The notes under the pieces: model-generated | Database searches by the model: none | What the model was told of the DNA's origin: nothing | The model's input: the letters and a program-made list of their open reading frames with translations, nothing else | Shown here: piece after piece, positions 1-14,599 of the stretch | How the letters are laid out: each line of letters starts with the position of its first letter | How positions within the stretch are numbered: the stretch's first letter is position 1 | Assembly: GCF_964213995.1 (NCBI RefSeq) | Contig: NW_027590139.1 | Location: forward strand, 310,001-374,000 | Direction of reading: 5' to 3' | Length of the DNA stretch: 64,000 bases | DNA from: Mustelus asterias | Taxonomy: Eukaryota | Position numbers and translations under genes: made by a program

Positions 1-3000
1 TCACATTCAAGAGCGCCCAGAGCAGTTCATTAACTTTAGGTATTGACTGAGGCATCGAAGTGCAATTAAATACTGAATAAACTACCATAACATACTTAAA
101 AGCAATTCCAATTATTTACATAGCGATTAGGACTGGTACCTCACATTGTTACAGGCACAGGTTCCATTTCGGCCTTGTGTAACTGTCTGTGTGGTGTTTG
201 CACATTCGCCCCATATGTGCGTGGGTTTCTGCCAAGTTTACGGCTTTCCTTCTGCAGTCCAAAACTGTGCGGGTTATGAGGGGTGGTCAGGCTGAATTGC
301 CCCTGAGTGTCCATTTGCAGTGCAACGTGTGTACGTTAATTGAGTTCCTCAATTTCTTTTGAACAAGAGGATGTTACAAGATTCATCCCAAGCTTTCAAC
401 AAATTATTGCACACAATACGAGAGCAATTAGATATGATGCGCAATACCTAATAGTTATTAACAAGATGAAATGCATTCTTCCAACTCCTTTCATCCACAC
501 GAATACATTTCGTTTCCTACGTTAGTATCTATCTATTTATTGCGCCATCTTGCTAGCTTTTTCTTGCTCTTTTCTCATCCATCAATCGCATTTTATAGAA
601 AATTAATAACTGAGACAGTGCCTGCTTTATTATTAGGACCCAATGTAATGCAAGGTGAGTTAAGGGTGCGCTCAGTAGTGCATGACATACAGCCTAGCAC
701 AATAATATCTGAGACGGAGCCTAATGTAACATATCTTGACTCTTGACTGAGCAACAACAGCTCAGAAATGATTATTTGTAGCATATATCACGGCATGTCT
801 TTATGTACTATAAATGAAGCGGCACGTAATGTAATGCAAACAGGTCCAACGTCTATTGCAATAATGATTCAAATGAATCAAATGCAGTATATAAAGAGGC
901 ATGACCTAGTGCATTACAAGACTGCACCAAATGGGTTATTGCAGTGAACATCGTCAAGTACAGTATTAACTGAGACAGGGCTAATTGTAACACTTATAGA
1001 AGCAAGGTCCAGTCCGTTAATAAATTAAACTTCAGGTTGCGTTATATACACAGATACAGTGCTGAAAGAAAGGTGAAGCGAGATATGGTCCAATACAGTC
1101 ATAACTGAGACAACTCCTGTGCAATAAAAAAACATTACATGGTTAAATGCAGTAATAACGGAAGGAGGGGCAGTGTAATAAAACTAAACTCAATGTATAG
1201 TGAAATAGAAGCACATACATAGTCGTACAATAGTAAGAAATTAAACAAAAATGGTCATTCTATATTCCACGGAATCATAGCCTAATTCAATAATAACGAT
1301 ATTTGATCTAATGTTATGAATCCGAGAGGATGAACTGAAGTGTTGACTGAGGAAGGAGAGAGGGAGAGAGAGAGAGAAATGGACATTTGCACTAATAGCA
1401 CTCTATGTATGATGAATGATCTGCTGAGTGTTTCTGGCATTTCTTTTTTCATATCCCATGCATCCGCAGTATTTTGTTTTTGAGCAACGATACATTTGAA
1501 CAGATTACTAAAAGGATGATCAATACAGGGACAGTTTTATGGATTGATTTAGACGAGGAAAGTGAGATAAGGAGATTTAGGGCGGGAATAACAGAGTTTA
1601 GGGCCTAGGCAGATTAACACATCCCAAACTGAAAAATAATTTCGAAGATAAGAATGGAAATTCCAGAAAATATATATTTTTAAATTCTATTCAAACATAA
1701 CTTGTTCTGTGGCCATTTCGTTTTATTTCTCTCTGAAATAGATGAGCAATTAACCATTGATCAGAAAATTAGCCTGTGGGAGCCCATCTGGCGATATTGC
1801 GAGGAGACAATTCTGTCTCATACCGCCAGTCTATCAGTAGAATGCTATTAATAAAATAAGGCAGGCGAAACAATCTTTATCGCTAAAATCTGTGGCAAAT
1901 TGACATAGTGCAACACAATATTCAACTAATAAAATGCATCATAACTATATATTGCAAAGAGCACTGCACTATTGTTCATGTTGACCTGTCCCTCAGTGCC
2001 AGTTTATCAAAATTGTTGAGAAATCGTTATAACGCTCACGTTAAATATTACCCATACAATAGCACAGTGATTAGACGTTTCTCACAGTTACTTATAGATA
2101 TGAGCAAAAAATAAACCGACTGTTTCAAACAAGAATGATTGGTATTGGGCAGGCACTCCCACATATATCGTGATTGATAATATCTCGACAGACAACATAT
2201 TCATGGTCGCATGTTGGATTAACAGAGACAGGCTCTGATATAATGTAAAGAGACAAATCCTGTGTAATATAAAAAGAATTGGGATCCGACGTAATATAAT
2301 CAGATCTGTGGTCCACTCTAGGACTAATTGAGAGGACCTAATGTAGCATAAATAGAGAAATGGCCGAGTGTAGCATAACGAGAAAAACGACCGAATGTAG
2401 TATAAAGAGAGACAGGGTCCGCTGCCGTATCATTAAAGACTGGGTCTGGTACAACATAAATAGAAGTATGGACCGGTGTAATGTAATCAGAGGATTGATT
2501 AGTTAATTAATAACTAATAAAGCAGTGTCTTCTATATACTGGCCCTATTGCCAACGGATAACATTTTCTTCCTAATGAGCAAAAGATTCTCATTCATAAC
2601 TTTGAACTTCTGTACTAAATCTCCCATAAACTGCACTGTTCTAAAGGAAACAAACTCAGCGTTCAGCTGTTCTGATAGTGCAGCTCATGCATGATGAACG
2701 TCAACCTCCATACCACCTTCTGCCTCGCATGTTTCCCGATGTCATTTTAGGAATTGATGGAACTTTCACATGGATTCTCATTAATCAATGGCATCGTGTC
2801 AGAATAAGATTCAAGGCTAAGGAAAGACTTGCTTCTGACAATTAAATGCATCAGTGTAATATTGGACACAGATCTCAGAGTTTAGACACACTGAGCTCAA
2901 TGTCATGTCAAAACACAAACTGTGATTGGTTAACAGTCTTATCCCAGTGGAATCAACATCATTTTTGAGTCAAATGGTAGTGTGTTCAATTCCCACAACA

Positions 3001-3394
3001 GGTACCTGAGCTCATGGTACAACCTGTGACCAAGTGCTGAATGTTCAGTTGTTCCACTATTGGATGTGATGATATTTCAGTCTAAGGTGTAGTATAGCAA
3101 TATTATTATTAAGCTTGTATTTCAGAAGCTTGAAGTAATGCTCTGCGGGCAAGAGTTCAAATTCCACCCCAGCAGCTGGGGAATTTCAATTCAATTAATT
3201 GATTAAGCTGAATGAAACATCGTTGTCTAATTAATAACAATCATATTTCGCCAAAACTCATCTTCTTCTCTGATGTATTTTAGGAGATGAAATTTTACTT
3301 CTTACTTATAAGACATATAAAATTGCCAGAAGAAGCAACAAGCCTGAGGATTTGGAACGTTTTAGAATTCAACAAAAGAAGACACAATGTGCGA

Positions 3395-4860
3395 GCGGGG
3401 TAATAGAATATGAAAGGGAAATGGCAGGGAGCATAGAAACTAATTGTAAAAGCTTCTCTGAATATCTGAAGAGACAAAGATTAGTTAAGACAAATGAGTC
3501 TGAATGCAGGGAAATTATAATGGGGAACAAAGAAATGTTGGATGAATAGAACACAAAGTTTGACTCCATCTTCACAAAAGGGGACACAAATATCCTCCCA
3601 GAAATGTTAGGGAACCAAGAGCTAGTTGGCATTGAAGAACACCAGTGTTAGTAGCAAAATCATGCTGGGGGAATTGATAGGGTGAAATGCTGATAAATCA
3701 CTAAGGCCTGAGAATCTACATCCCAGAGTATGAATGGAAATGGCCCTGAAAATATTGGGTGCATTGGTGTCATCCTCTAAAATTCTATACACTCTGGATC
3801 AGTTCCTATAGATTGGAGGGTGACAAATGAAACCCCAATGTGTACAAAGGAAGGTAGAGTAAAAATGTTGAATTACAGACTGACTTTAGCATCAGTGAAG
3901 ATGTTAGAGACTGTTATCAAAGACATGATAGCAAAATATTTAGAAAATATTAACGGAATTTGATGAAGCCAGCATGGGCTTCAGAAAGATATGTCATTCT
4001 TAACAAACCTACTTGCATTTTCTGAGGATGTAAATAATACAATAGGGAGGAGGTGGGGGGCGGGGGGGGGGGGGGATGGAAGGAGGGGGGAGGGAACCAG
4101 GGTACGTGGTGCATTTGAACTTTCAGAAGACATTTGAGACGGTTCCTCGTAAAATATTAGTAGGCCAAATTAAAGCACGTGGGATAGGGAATAACGTATT
4201 GACATTGTTGTAGAATTCGTTGACAGACAAGAAACAGAGAATGGAAATACATGGGTCTTTTTCCGAGTGGCAGTCAGCGACTGGTGGGGTACCTCAGGAT
4301 CCCAAATTATTTTATTTCTTCATTAGTCACATGTAGGCTTGCATTAACACTGCAATGAAGTTACTGTGAAAAACCTCGAGTCACCACACTCCAGCGCCTG
4401 TTCGGGTACACTGAGGGAGAGTTTAGCATGGCCAATGTCCCTAAGCTGCACGTCCTTTGGACTGTTGGAGGAAAGCAGGGCACCCAGAAGAAATCCACGT
4501 ACGCATGGGGAGAACGTGCAGACTCCGTACAGAAAATGACCCAAGCCGGGAGTTGAACCCAGTCCCCGGCGCTGTGCTACCGTGGGATCTGGATAAGGAA
4601 ATCAAATGTAACATGTCCTAACCGGCTGGCAATACATAACTGTGAGCTGTGAGGAGGATGCAGTGACTTGTGAGCTGTGAGGAGGATGCAGGAGGGCTTC
4701 AGTGTGATCTGGACAAGTTGTGTGAATGGGTGAATATGTGGCAGATGCAGTACAACGTGGCTAAATGTAGTTATATACGTGTGTAAAGCACAAAACAATC
4801 TATGTTTGGAAGTGTGATGTACAAATGGGTTTTGGTGTCCGTGTACACCAACCAATGAAA
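3395..4860 (+). mobile_element. Decayed CR1-type LINE ORF2 fragment, split by a SINE at ~4310-4582
   Basis: Colinear with the CR1 copy at 14600-16597 (DKSPGP, DWRV, DFQKAFD and GVPQG-like motifs), many stops. Confidence 0.8.
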
Positions 4861-5214
4861 TCGGAGAGGTCTGTACAGCAAGCAATTGTCTCGCCACGAT
4901 GGGCCATTGTCTTTACTCAAAAACATCAAGTCAAACTGCAGCTAATGTATTCTCTCAGGCCTATTCACAGGCCTCTCACTCAACGGTTCTAATTTAATCT
5001 ATGGAGGGAACTTTTCTCCAATATGTATCTTTATCATCCCTGTATCTAACCCGCCCTGTCCCAGCATCCAATTGTTTGAATGGACAGCATATAGAACTTT
5101 TTACTGTTTCTAAACAGTCCACATTTGCTGGAAATGTTTGATTGAGATTGTGTGGATGGAGTTTCATTTTGTATCTATCCCGTGCTACACCTGCCTTGGG
5201 AGTGCTTAATATTG

Positions 5215-5922
5215 CACTTGGGAGTCCTAGTCCAGGATTCTCTAAAGGTAAACTTGCAGGTTGAGTCCGTAATTAAGAAAGCAAATGTAATGTTGTCATT
5301 TATCTCAAGAGGCTTGGAATACAAAAGCAGGGATGTACTTCTGAGGCTTTATAAAGCACTGGTTAGGCCCCATTTGGAGTACTGTGAGCAATTTTGGGCC
5401 CCACACCTCAGGAAGGACATACTGGCACTGGAGCGGGTCCAGCGGAGATTCACACGGATGATCCCAGGAATGGTAGGCCTGACATACGATGAACGTCTGA
5501 GGATCGTGGGATTATATTCATTGGAGTTTAGGAGGTTGAGGGGAGATCTGATAGAAACTTACAAGATAATGAACGGCTTAGATAGGATGGACGTAGGGAA
5601 GTTGTTTCCATTAACAGGGGAGACTAGGACGCGGGGGCACAGCCTTAGAATAAAAGGGAGTCACTTTAGAACAGAGATGAGGAGAAATTTCTTCAGCCAG
5701 AGAGTGGTGGGTCTGTGGAATTCATTGCCACAGAGGGCTGTGGAGGCCGAGACGTTGAGCGTCTTCAAGACAGAAATTGATAAATTCTTGATTTCTCGAG
5801 GAATTAAGGGCTATGGGGAGAGAGCGGGTAAATGGAGTTGAAATCAACCATGATTGAATGGTGGAGTGGACTCGATGGGCCGAATGGCCTTACTTCCGCT
5901 CCTATGTCTTATGGTCTTATGG
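5215..5922 (+). mobile_element. Young 5'-truncated CR1-type LINE 3' end
   Basis: Open ORF2 C-terminus (LYKALVRPHLEYC...RRNFFSQRVVGLWNSLP), 3' UTR and (CTTATGGT)n tail. Confidence 0.92.
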
Positions 5923-6969
5923 TTGCACAGTGGAGGGAGCTTTACATTCGGTACCTAACCACGTGCTACTCCTGCCCTTGGAATGTTTGATAGGACATGA
6001 GGCCCTGTCTCTATATTGCACTCATCTGCGACCCTGCCTCTGCTGATGTTAAATGAACTAATCCCTGTTTCGGTTTATATTAAAGAAGATTCTGTCTCTG
6101 TTCATATTACACTAGACGTGCTTTCTGTTTATAATAAACTAGATGCTGTCTCTGTTTATATTGCAAGTCACCATGTCTCTGTTTATGTTGAGCTCGACAG
6201 TGACTCTGTTTTTATTAATGTCGACCTGTCTCTGTACTGAACTAGATGCAGTCTCAGTTCTGCACTTAACCATGTCCATGTTTATTTTATATTAGGCACG
6301 GACTCAGTTATTACTGCACAAAACAATGCGCAATAATGCGAAAAGTGGCTATGGGAACACAATTCTCTACATCCTCTGACAGATACAACTCTGACGGATG
6401 GAGACTGGCCTTGGGAACTGGAAAAGTAGTGATATCTGAAAGCTCATTCCACTGACTGCATTGAAAATAGATATCAAACCCTGCGCAGCATACATTGTCG
6501 ATCCAATGCTTTCCGTTTCAAGATCCTGCTGAATACAGATGTTTTGAGCACAGCATATTTATATATTATATTACCTCTCTACCTCACAGAGTCGTGGAGT
6601 AATGTTCATGGAGCCATAGTTCAGCCAGAGGCATAATACAGTGCAGTAATAACAGTGGCATACATAGACAGTGTCAGGATCAAATATCATATAAACAGGG
6701 ATTGGGTCTAGTGCATCATGAACTAAGTTCTGGTCAAGCTGAGTATTAACAGAGACAGGATCTATTTTAATATAAACAGGGGCGTGATGCAGTGAAATAG
6801 AAATGAGGTAGTGCCGAGTGCCTTGTGGGAAGTTAAAGGCGAAATACTGGCCTTACCAGAGACACCCACATCCCATGAAAGAAACATTAAAAAATATGAA
6901 TGACATCAACTAGTAGAAGAAAAACTGAGATGGTGTCTAGTGCAATTTAACCAAATGCAGGAACTTGCG

Positions 6970-7290
6970 CGAGCTAAACTGAGACACATAGTGTCAATTA
7001 CTGATACAGGCCTAGACCGATATTAACGGAGACAGAGCCGAGCACATTAGCAGTAATTACTGATACAGAATCTGGACTGACATAAACTGAGACAGAGTCC
7101 AGTGTGTAAGTGGTCATTACTGATGCAGTCCCTAGATTGATAAAATCTTAGACAGAATTTAGTGCGTTATTAATAATTAGAGATACGATATTTAGACTGA
7201 TATAAACTCAGAAAGAGTATAGTGCATTGGTAATAATCATTAATATGTGATCTAGACTGGTACACACTGAGATATGGACAATGCAGCAAA
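6970..7290 (+). repeat. ~61-bp tandem repeat, about 5 copies; paralog at ~23770-24030
   Basis: aattactgatacagg(c)ctagactgat(a/g)taaactgagacagagtccagtg(c/t)attagtaat. Confidence 0.8.
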
Positions 7291-8049
7291 TTAGAGGGAT
7301 CACGTAATGCAATAATAACAGAGGCAGGGCACAGTGTTGAATAAACAAATACATGCACTTGTGCAGCATTAACTAAAACAGTGTCGAGTTTATTAGATCT
7401 AATGAACCATTAGACTCTAATGATTAGAGTAATGACTGTGCCCGAAACTTTTGTAACGCAAGAAGGATGTTGCTCCAGTGTAGGAGTCACAGATAAAGGT
7501 ACTGATGCAGTAGGAATTGAGACACAGTCTCTTCCCAGATTAAAGATTTAAAGCTTATTTATTAGTGTCGTAAGTAGGATTACATTCACACTGCAATGAA
7601 GTTACTGTGAAGAACTCCGAGTGGTCACACTCCGGTGCCTGTTTGAGTACACCGAGGGAGAATTTAACATGGCCAAAATGATCCAAGCCAGCACCTCTTT
7701 CGGACAGTGAGTGGAAACCGGAGCACACGGAGGAAACCCACGCAGACAGAAGGATAACGTGCAGACGCCACACGGACAGTCACCCAAGTTGGGAATTGAA
7801 CCCGGGTCCCTCGCACTGTGCAACCGTACCGCCCAGATTAACTGAAACATATTTCAGCACAGTCATAATTCAGAAACCATCGTTAAAACAGGCCTTGGCT
7901 TCACTTATGAACAACTGATAATGAGCCGAGTAGCGAAATAACAGAGACAGGACATGCTGTAATGTGATTGGGACATGGCCTGTTGCAATGCAAACAGACG
8001 TGGGGGCCAGTTGAACGTAAGCAGAGATATGACATGTTGAAAATCATTT

Positions 8050-9960
8050 AATGAGGTTTTGGTGTCACTGGTAAAGTAGGATTTGTTGCCACTTCTATTT
8101 TTTTTCTTTTGAGAATGTGCTGGTGAGCCCTCTTCTTAAATCATTGCATTCCATATGAGTAAGTACACATACAGTGCTGATAGGAAGGGAGTTGCAAGAT
8201 TTTCATCCATTGACACTGAAAAAATAGTGATATAGATCCCAGTCAAGACGGTGTGGAGGTTTTATGGGCATTTGCAGGTAATTGTGTTCTCATGCATCTG
8301 CTGCCCTGGTCATTTTAAGTGTCAGAGTTAACGGGTTTGGAAGTTGCTACCGAAGGATTATGTTGCTAATATACAAGTTGTATATGGTTCACACGTCTAG
8401 AGTTGTACATCTGTGATGCAGAGAGTGAATGTTTAAAGTGGTTGGTGGGGTGTTCATCCAACCGCCTGCTTTTTGCTGGGTGGTTTCGAGCTTTTTGGGT
8501 GTTGGTTCAGGACCGCACGCCAGGCATGTGGAGAATCTTAAATCACAATCCTGACTTTTGCCTTTATATGACGGATATGGCTTGGGAAGTCAGGAGGTGA
8601 GTTACTCAACGCACAATTCCCAGCCTCTGACCTGCTTTTGCAGCAATATTATTTACATGGCAGTACCAGTTCAATTTTCCATCAATGGTCATTCCCAGAA
8701 TGAAGATAGTGGGGTTTCAGCTGGAGTCATTCCACTAATGGCAAGCGGAGGTGATTGCAATCTCTCTTACCTGAAAGGGTCATTGCCTGTCACTTGGGTG
8801 GCGCGAATGTCACATACCACTTCACAGCCAAAGCCTGAATGTTTTCAAAGTCTTTCTGCTTAGGTACACGGACTGCTTCAGTATCTGAGAAGTTGTAAAT
8901 GTGCTGAACATCGTGCAATCAGCAGTGAACATCCCACTTCTGAGCTTGTATTGAAGGGTGAATATTCGGCCGAGGGCAATATCCTGAGGAGTTCCTTCAG
9001 CAAATGCCCTGTGACTGGGATGATTGGCTTTCAACAGCCACAACCATCTTACTCTGTGCTCGGTATGACTGAAGCCAGTGGAATGTTTTGTTTTCCCCCG
9101 GATTCCCATTGACTGCAGCTTTGCTCGGGCTTCTTGATGTCACAATCGGTCAAGTGCTGCGTTGATGCCGAGGGCCGGCACTCTCACCTCACCTCATTAA
9201 AGCAGCTATTTCCACTAGATTTGGACTAAGCTTAAATGATTTCTGGAACTGAGTGCTCCTAGTGGGACCCAAACAGAGCGTCATTGAGCAGAATATTAGT
9301 ATTTGTCGTTGTAGCAGCATTGTTATTATTATATTATTATTACTTTTTTAGATGATCCTTCATACTTACCATTTCATTGATCGAGTGGGGACGCATTGGG
9401 CGGTAATTGGTCGGGTTGGGTTTGTCCTACCTTCTGAAACAGGTCATGCCTGCCAATTTTCACACTGTTGTGTATGTGACCGTGATATAGCTATACTTGC
9501 ATAGATTGGCTAAGGCTCAGCTAGCTCCAGAGCACAAATCGTTATTATTATTGCTGAAATATTGCCAGGATCCATAATCTTTGCAGTATCCAATGCTTTC
9601 AGCACAGGGTTAGGCCACAGATCAATCATGATCATATTGCATGGCGGAGCGGGCTCCAGGGGCTGAATGGTCTACTCCTGTTCCTATCCTCTATGTTATC
9701 ATGTTGAATGAATTTACCTCCTTAGAGACTGGCATCTGTGATGTTTGGGGCATCAGGCGGAGGCCGAGATGGAACATCTTCTGGCTGAAGATGATAGCAA
9801 TTGTTTCAGTCTTGTTTCTTTTCCCTTTTGCAGAGCTCCCCCATCATTAAGAATGGGGATTTCGTTTGAGGCTCCTGCTGCGGTTATTTGTTTAAATATC
9901 CATCACCATTCAGGACTGCATGCGGCGGAACTGCAAAGTTAGGATCCAGTGTAGTATCTA
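8050..9960 (-). mobile_element. Decayed CR1/L2-superfamily LINE (second family)
   Basis: Minus-strand GTPQDIALG and MFTADC resemble GVPQGSVLG and FADD. Family copies at ~11030-11270, 12250-12965, 24490-25465, 26540-26750, 37400-37870. Confidence 0.7.
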
Positions 9961-10299
9961 CTGAGGCAGTGCCTTCTTCATGTAATGTAAACCATCAAGA
10001 TGCCAATTCCATCTGCTGGCAAAATTCTGCAATTACAGTTACTGTAAATATATCGCTGTCAGGTATGATTTAGGATAGTAATATACAAAGAATTCACATT
10101 CATAAATGTAATACCACATCCCCTTCTGCGGTAAGTGCCCAAATGTAAAGTGCAACGAATTATAGATTAGATGTACGTTTCTGAATAGTACAGGTTAAGT
10201 TGTGTCTCGCAGGAATCTGTCTTGAGGTCTCAATTATTTACAATATTCATAACGGCTTAGATAATGACACAAAAAGTCAAATAATCCAAATGATAGATC

Positions 10300-11020
10300 A
10301 AGGTAGTTTTTAGAAGGTACAAAGTTAAATTTAGTGGATGCCCAGCGAGATTTGGGGGTTCAGGTGCATAGCTTCTTAAAATGCCAAGATGCAGAAAATA
10401 GTCAAGCAGGTCAACGGAATTCTGGCCTTTGTATCTAAAGGACTGGAGTATAGGGATGCAGATGTTATGCTGCAATTATGCAAAATCCTGGTTAGAGCCC
10501 ACCTGGAGTACTGTGCACAGGTTTGGGCACCACACCTTTGCAAAGATTTTGGTCCTGGAGGGAGTTGAACGCACGTTCACAAGAATTAGCCCTGGCCTTT
10601 CGGGGTTAAGTTGCGAGGAGAAATTAGACAAATTGGGACTTTTCCTCTCGAATTCAGAAGGTTGAGGGATGTTCTGACAGAAATCTACAAAATATTTACG
10701 GGTAGGATCGGGCGGATCAATAAGTTGAAGGCTCTAGAATAAAGGGCCATAATTTAAAAAAAACAGGGCCAAGCCGTTCAGGAGAGTTGATGGAAAGTAT
10801 TTCTACGCACAGAGAGTGGTGGACTTTTGGAACTCTCTTCCGCAAAGACCAGTGGGTGCTGGTTCAATTGTTAGATTTATCTCTGAGATCGATTTTTTTA
10901 TTGAACAGGGGTATCAAGGGATATGGGCCAAGGGCAGGTACATAGGGTTTGGCCACAGATCAGCGATGATCTTATGAATGGGGGGCGAGTTCGAGAAGCT
11001 GAATGGCCTGCGTCTGCTTT
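10300..11020 (+). mobile_element. Decayed CR1-type LINE 3' end
   Basis: Frameshifted LVRAHLEYCAQVWAP and LEGVERTFTR motifs plus CR1-type 3' UTR. Confidence 0.8.
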
Positions 11021-11599
11021 TTTTATTCATGCTTGGGACATGGGCTTCGCTGGCTGGTCAACATTTATTCCCCATACCTAGTTGCCCTTGAGAAGGTTAT
11101 GGTGAGCTGCCTTCTTGAATCGCTGCAGTACATGTTCTGTGGGTAGACCCACAATGCCGTTAGGGAGGAAATTTAAGGATTTTGACTCAGCGATTGTGAA
11201 GGAACGGCGATATATTTCCAACTCAGGATGGTGAGTGGTTTGGAGGGGAACTTCTGCTCCTATGTTCCTATGATGCCGGGTCAGCATCAAAGCATAATGC
11301 CTTAATCCATGGTAATGTATATTTGTTCATTTTGGTTAGAAGGAGGAATGCTGACCAGGGCGCTGTTGGAGACAATGGGACCTTTAATGTTCAGTTCAGC
11401 AAACATGGTGCTGGGGAAAATGTATTTGATCTTCATTCCATCTGAAAGATAGTTGGGGTAATTGTCTCTTAAGCCCCCCAGGAAGCAAAGATGGAGTCTT
11501 AAGTTGAAGGAAAATATGTGTGTGTGTGTGTGTGCGTTTTCTGAAAAACGTCATATTGTTTACAAATCAATTTCACAATGATAACCGGCGTCCTTCCAT

Positions 11600-12230
11600 T
11601 TAAAATAAAAAAAATAGACGCAGAGTAAACACATCAATTTCAGAATGGTTTCTGTTTCAAATGTCACCTTTGTTGATGACTGAGAAGGACAATTTTTGAG
11701 AGGTTGGCTCTGTTACAAGTGCTGCCCATGAAGCGACCAATTGTGGTTTTATGTTGTCGTTTTCTGTGTCATGAATGAGACTGAGGAGTTTTGATGGAGA
11801 GCGACTTTTTCCCAAATATGGTAGTCCCTGCTCTGCTACCGGTGTTGAATGTCTTGATGAGATTGACGAAGGTAAAGATAAGTACATAGGGCATATAAAG
11901 CAGATATTTTCCAGAGTCAATTTTCCATTATAAACACAACATTGTGCTTCAGGATAATCCGGATCTTCAAACAGGTGAATGTTTTCAGATGTGTCACTGG
12001 CAATGATGTATATATATCTATAGTTGTTGCAGTGTCCTCTGGCGCCATTTTGTTCCCCGGTAGTGTTGTGCTTTTGAATCATGCATCTCCTGTGGCGCGC
12101 ATCCTATCTTCCATTAAGAAAGAGAAGATCATAAATGTTCATAAAGTTGGTATTTATTTTCACCAATTGCCATCCATTCACAAAGTTGCATAAATTTGTT
12201 CACCAGTTATCAACCATTCATAAATATTAA
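11600..12230 (-). mobile_element. Ancient RTE-clade LINE reverse-transcriptase fragment
   Basis: GARGHCNNYR (cf. KGDRGDCNNYRGI), YPEAQC, FVNLIKTFNTGSRAG (cf. FVDLTKAFDTVSREG) and SPSKLLSLIH across minus frames. Confidence 0.75.
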
Positions 12231-13917
12231 TATATTTACGTTTTAATTTAAGGGATGTGATCTTTGCTGGCGAGGTCAACATTTGTTGCCTATCCCTAAT
12301 TGCCCTTAATAAGATGGTGGGGAGCTACCTTCTTGAATTGCTGCGAAGCCTGGGGCGTATGTACTCACACAGTGCTGTTACAGAGGGTGTTCCAGGATTT
12401 CAATCGAGCGACAGTGAAGAAAGGGCGATATTTTTCCAAGTCAGTTATATGACTGACTTGGAGTGGAATTTACAGGTGATATTCCCAGGTAACTCTTACC
12501 CCTGTCCTTCCAAATGGTAACAATCCTGTGGTTGGAAGGTGTTGCATAAGAAGTCTTGGTGAGTTCCTGAAGTGAAACTTGTAGATGATGTACAATCCTG
12601 CTGTTGTTTGTCGGTGGTGGAGGGAGTGAGCATTTGCAAATGCTATGCCAGTCAAGCTTTGTCCTGAATGCTATAAAGCTTCTTGAATGTTGTTTGAGTT
12701 GCACTCATTCTAGCAAGTGGAGAGAACTCTATTACACTCCTGAGTTGTTGTTTGTAGGTGGTGGACAGGTTTGGGGAGTCAGGAGGTGAGTTACTCACAG
12801 CAAGCTGACCTGATATTCCAGCCGGAGCATTTAAACATCCAGTTAATTCAGCGATTAGCCAATGGTAAACCCGACGATGTTCATAGTGGGTGATTCAGTA
12901 TCGTAATATCATTGAATGACAATGGGTAGATTCTCTCTTTTTGGAGATGGTCATTGCCTGGCGCTCATATTACTAATAATCTCCAAATCACAAAAATAAA
13001 TAAATAAATATTTCACAAATTATTTTCAGCAATTTAATTGGTACAAATATAGGTGCAGTTTATTTATTGTAGTTTATTGAGATTCAAATTTATTGAGGTC
13101 ACTTTGGCCTTTCTGTCACCAAAGTATAAAATCTGTCCCAGAATTCAGCGGGAAGTCGAATCAAATCAGACCGAGGATAATGAGCAGCTACCCAGCAGCC
13201 TCTGCGCTTTATTGACACGTAATCAGCTCATCATCACACATAAACCCCTGATATATAACTGGAGTGTGTAACCATTTTTAAAGTGACTGTATAACTGAAA
13301 GTACCTGTATCTAATGTTATATATAATTTATAATATCTAATATGACGTTATAGAATCTTAAGATCCAGATTGATTATTCATAGAACAAAGAATCTACAGT
13401 GCAGAATGAGACCATTGGGCCCATCGAGTCTGGAGCGACCTCAATCCTACCCAGGCCCTGTTCCCGTGACCCCTCATATTAACCCCACTAATGCCCCTGA
13501 CACGAGGGTTAATTCAGCATGGCCAATCAACCTGACCTGCACATGTTCGGACGGCAGGAGGAAACTAGAGTACCCGGAGGAAATCCACACAGACACGGAG
13601 AGAAATTGCAAACTCCACAAATACAGTGACCCGAGGACGGAATTGAACCCGGGTCCCTGGCTTTCTGAGGCAGCAGGGCTAACCACTATGACACCATGCC
13701 GCCCTTGCACACTTACAGTGTACTGGAAAGTCATTTACCATTTGAATCTGTCCAGTGAGTTTCACAATATTTCAATTGCCTCATTATTTTTTTAGCCTGT
13801 TACCTTCACATAGGTGATATGTTGAGTGATTTGTTGCACTAGAAAGGGCCACATGTTCCAAATATTACAATCCTCCCCCCTCAACCTAATCCCTCTTTCC
13901 ATCTTGGATTTGAAGAT

Positions 13918-14495
13918 TTTGAAGACATCGGTGAGGCTACACTTGGAATGCTGTGTACAGTTCTGGTCACCCTATTATAGAACGGATATTATTAAACTAG
14001 AAAGAGTGCAGAAAAGTTTTACTAGAATGCTACGAGGCCTTGTTGGTTTGAGTTGTAGGGAGGGGCTGGATAGACTGGGAACTTTTCTCCGGAGCGTAGG
14101 AGGCTTGGGGGGATCTTATCGCTGTCTATAAAATAATGAGGTGCATAGATCAGCTCGATAGTCAATATATTTTCCCAATGGTAGAGGAGTCTAAAACGAG
14201 AGGGCATAGGTTTAAGATGAGAGTGGAGAGATACAAAATGGTTCAGAGGGGATATTGTTTCACACAGAGTGTGGCAAGTGTCTGGAACAGGCTGCCAGAG
14301 GTAGTGGTAGAGGAGGGTACAATTTTGTCTTTTAAAAACGGTTTAGACCGTTACATGGGTAGGATGGGTACAGAGGGTTATGGGCCAAACGCGGGAAATT
14401 GGGATAAGCTTAGTGGTTAATAAAAAGGACGGCATGGACAAGTTGGGCCGAAATGCTTGTGTCCATGCTGTCAACCTCTATGACTCTATGACTCT
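13918..14495 (+). mobile_element. CR1-type LINE 3' end
   Basis: VRLHLECCVQFWSPYYR...TRGHRFK...WNRLP and a (CTATGACT)n tail. Confidence 0.85.
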
Positions 14496-14599
14496 AGTCA
14501 CCATCAGCAGATGGAAAAAAAATCAGACTGCTCTTAGTTCATTTGTTCCCGATATCTCGGGGATTGAATTCACCGAGAAAATCTGGAAGGACTAAATTT

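Noticed and set aside
6970-7290. Regular repeat resembling a CRISPR array
   Set aside because: Vertebrate DNA; whole units repeat with no unique spacers and no cas genes.
11657-12082. 141-aa minus-strand ORF conserved in both duplicate units, at first suggesting a novel gene
   Set aside because: Motifs across frames match a frameshifted RTE reverse transcriptase.
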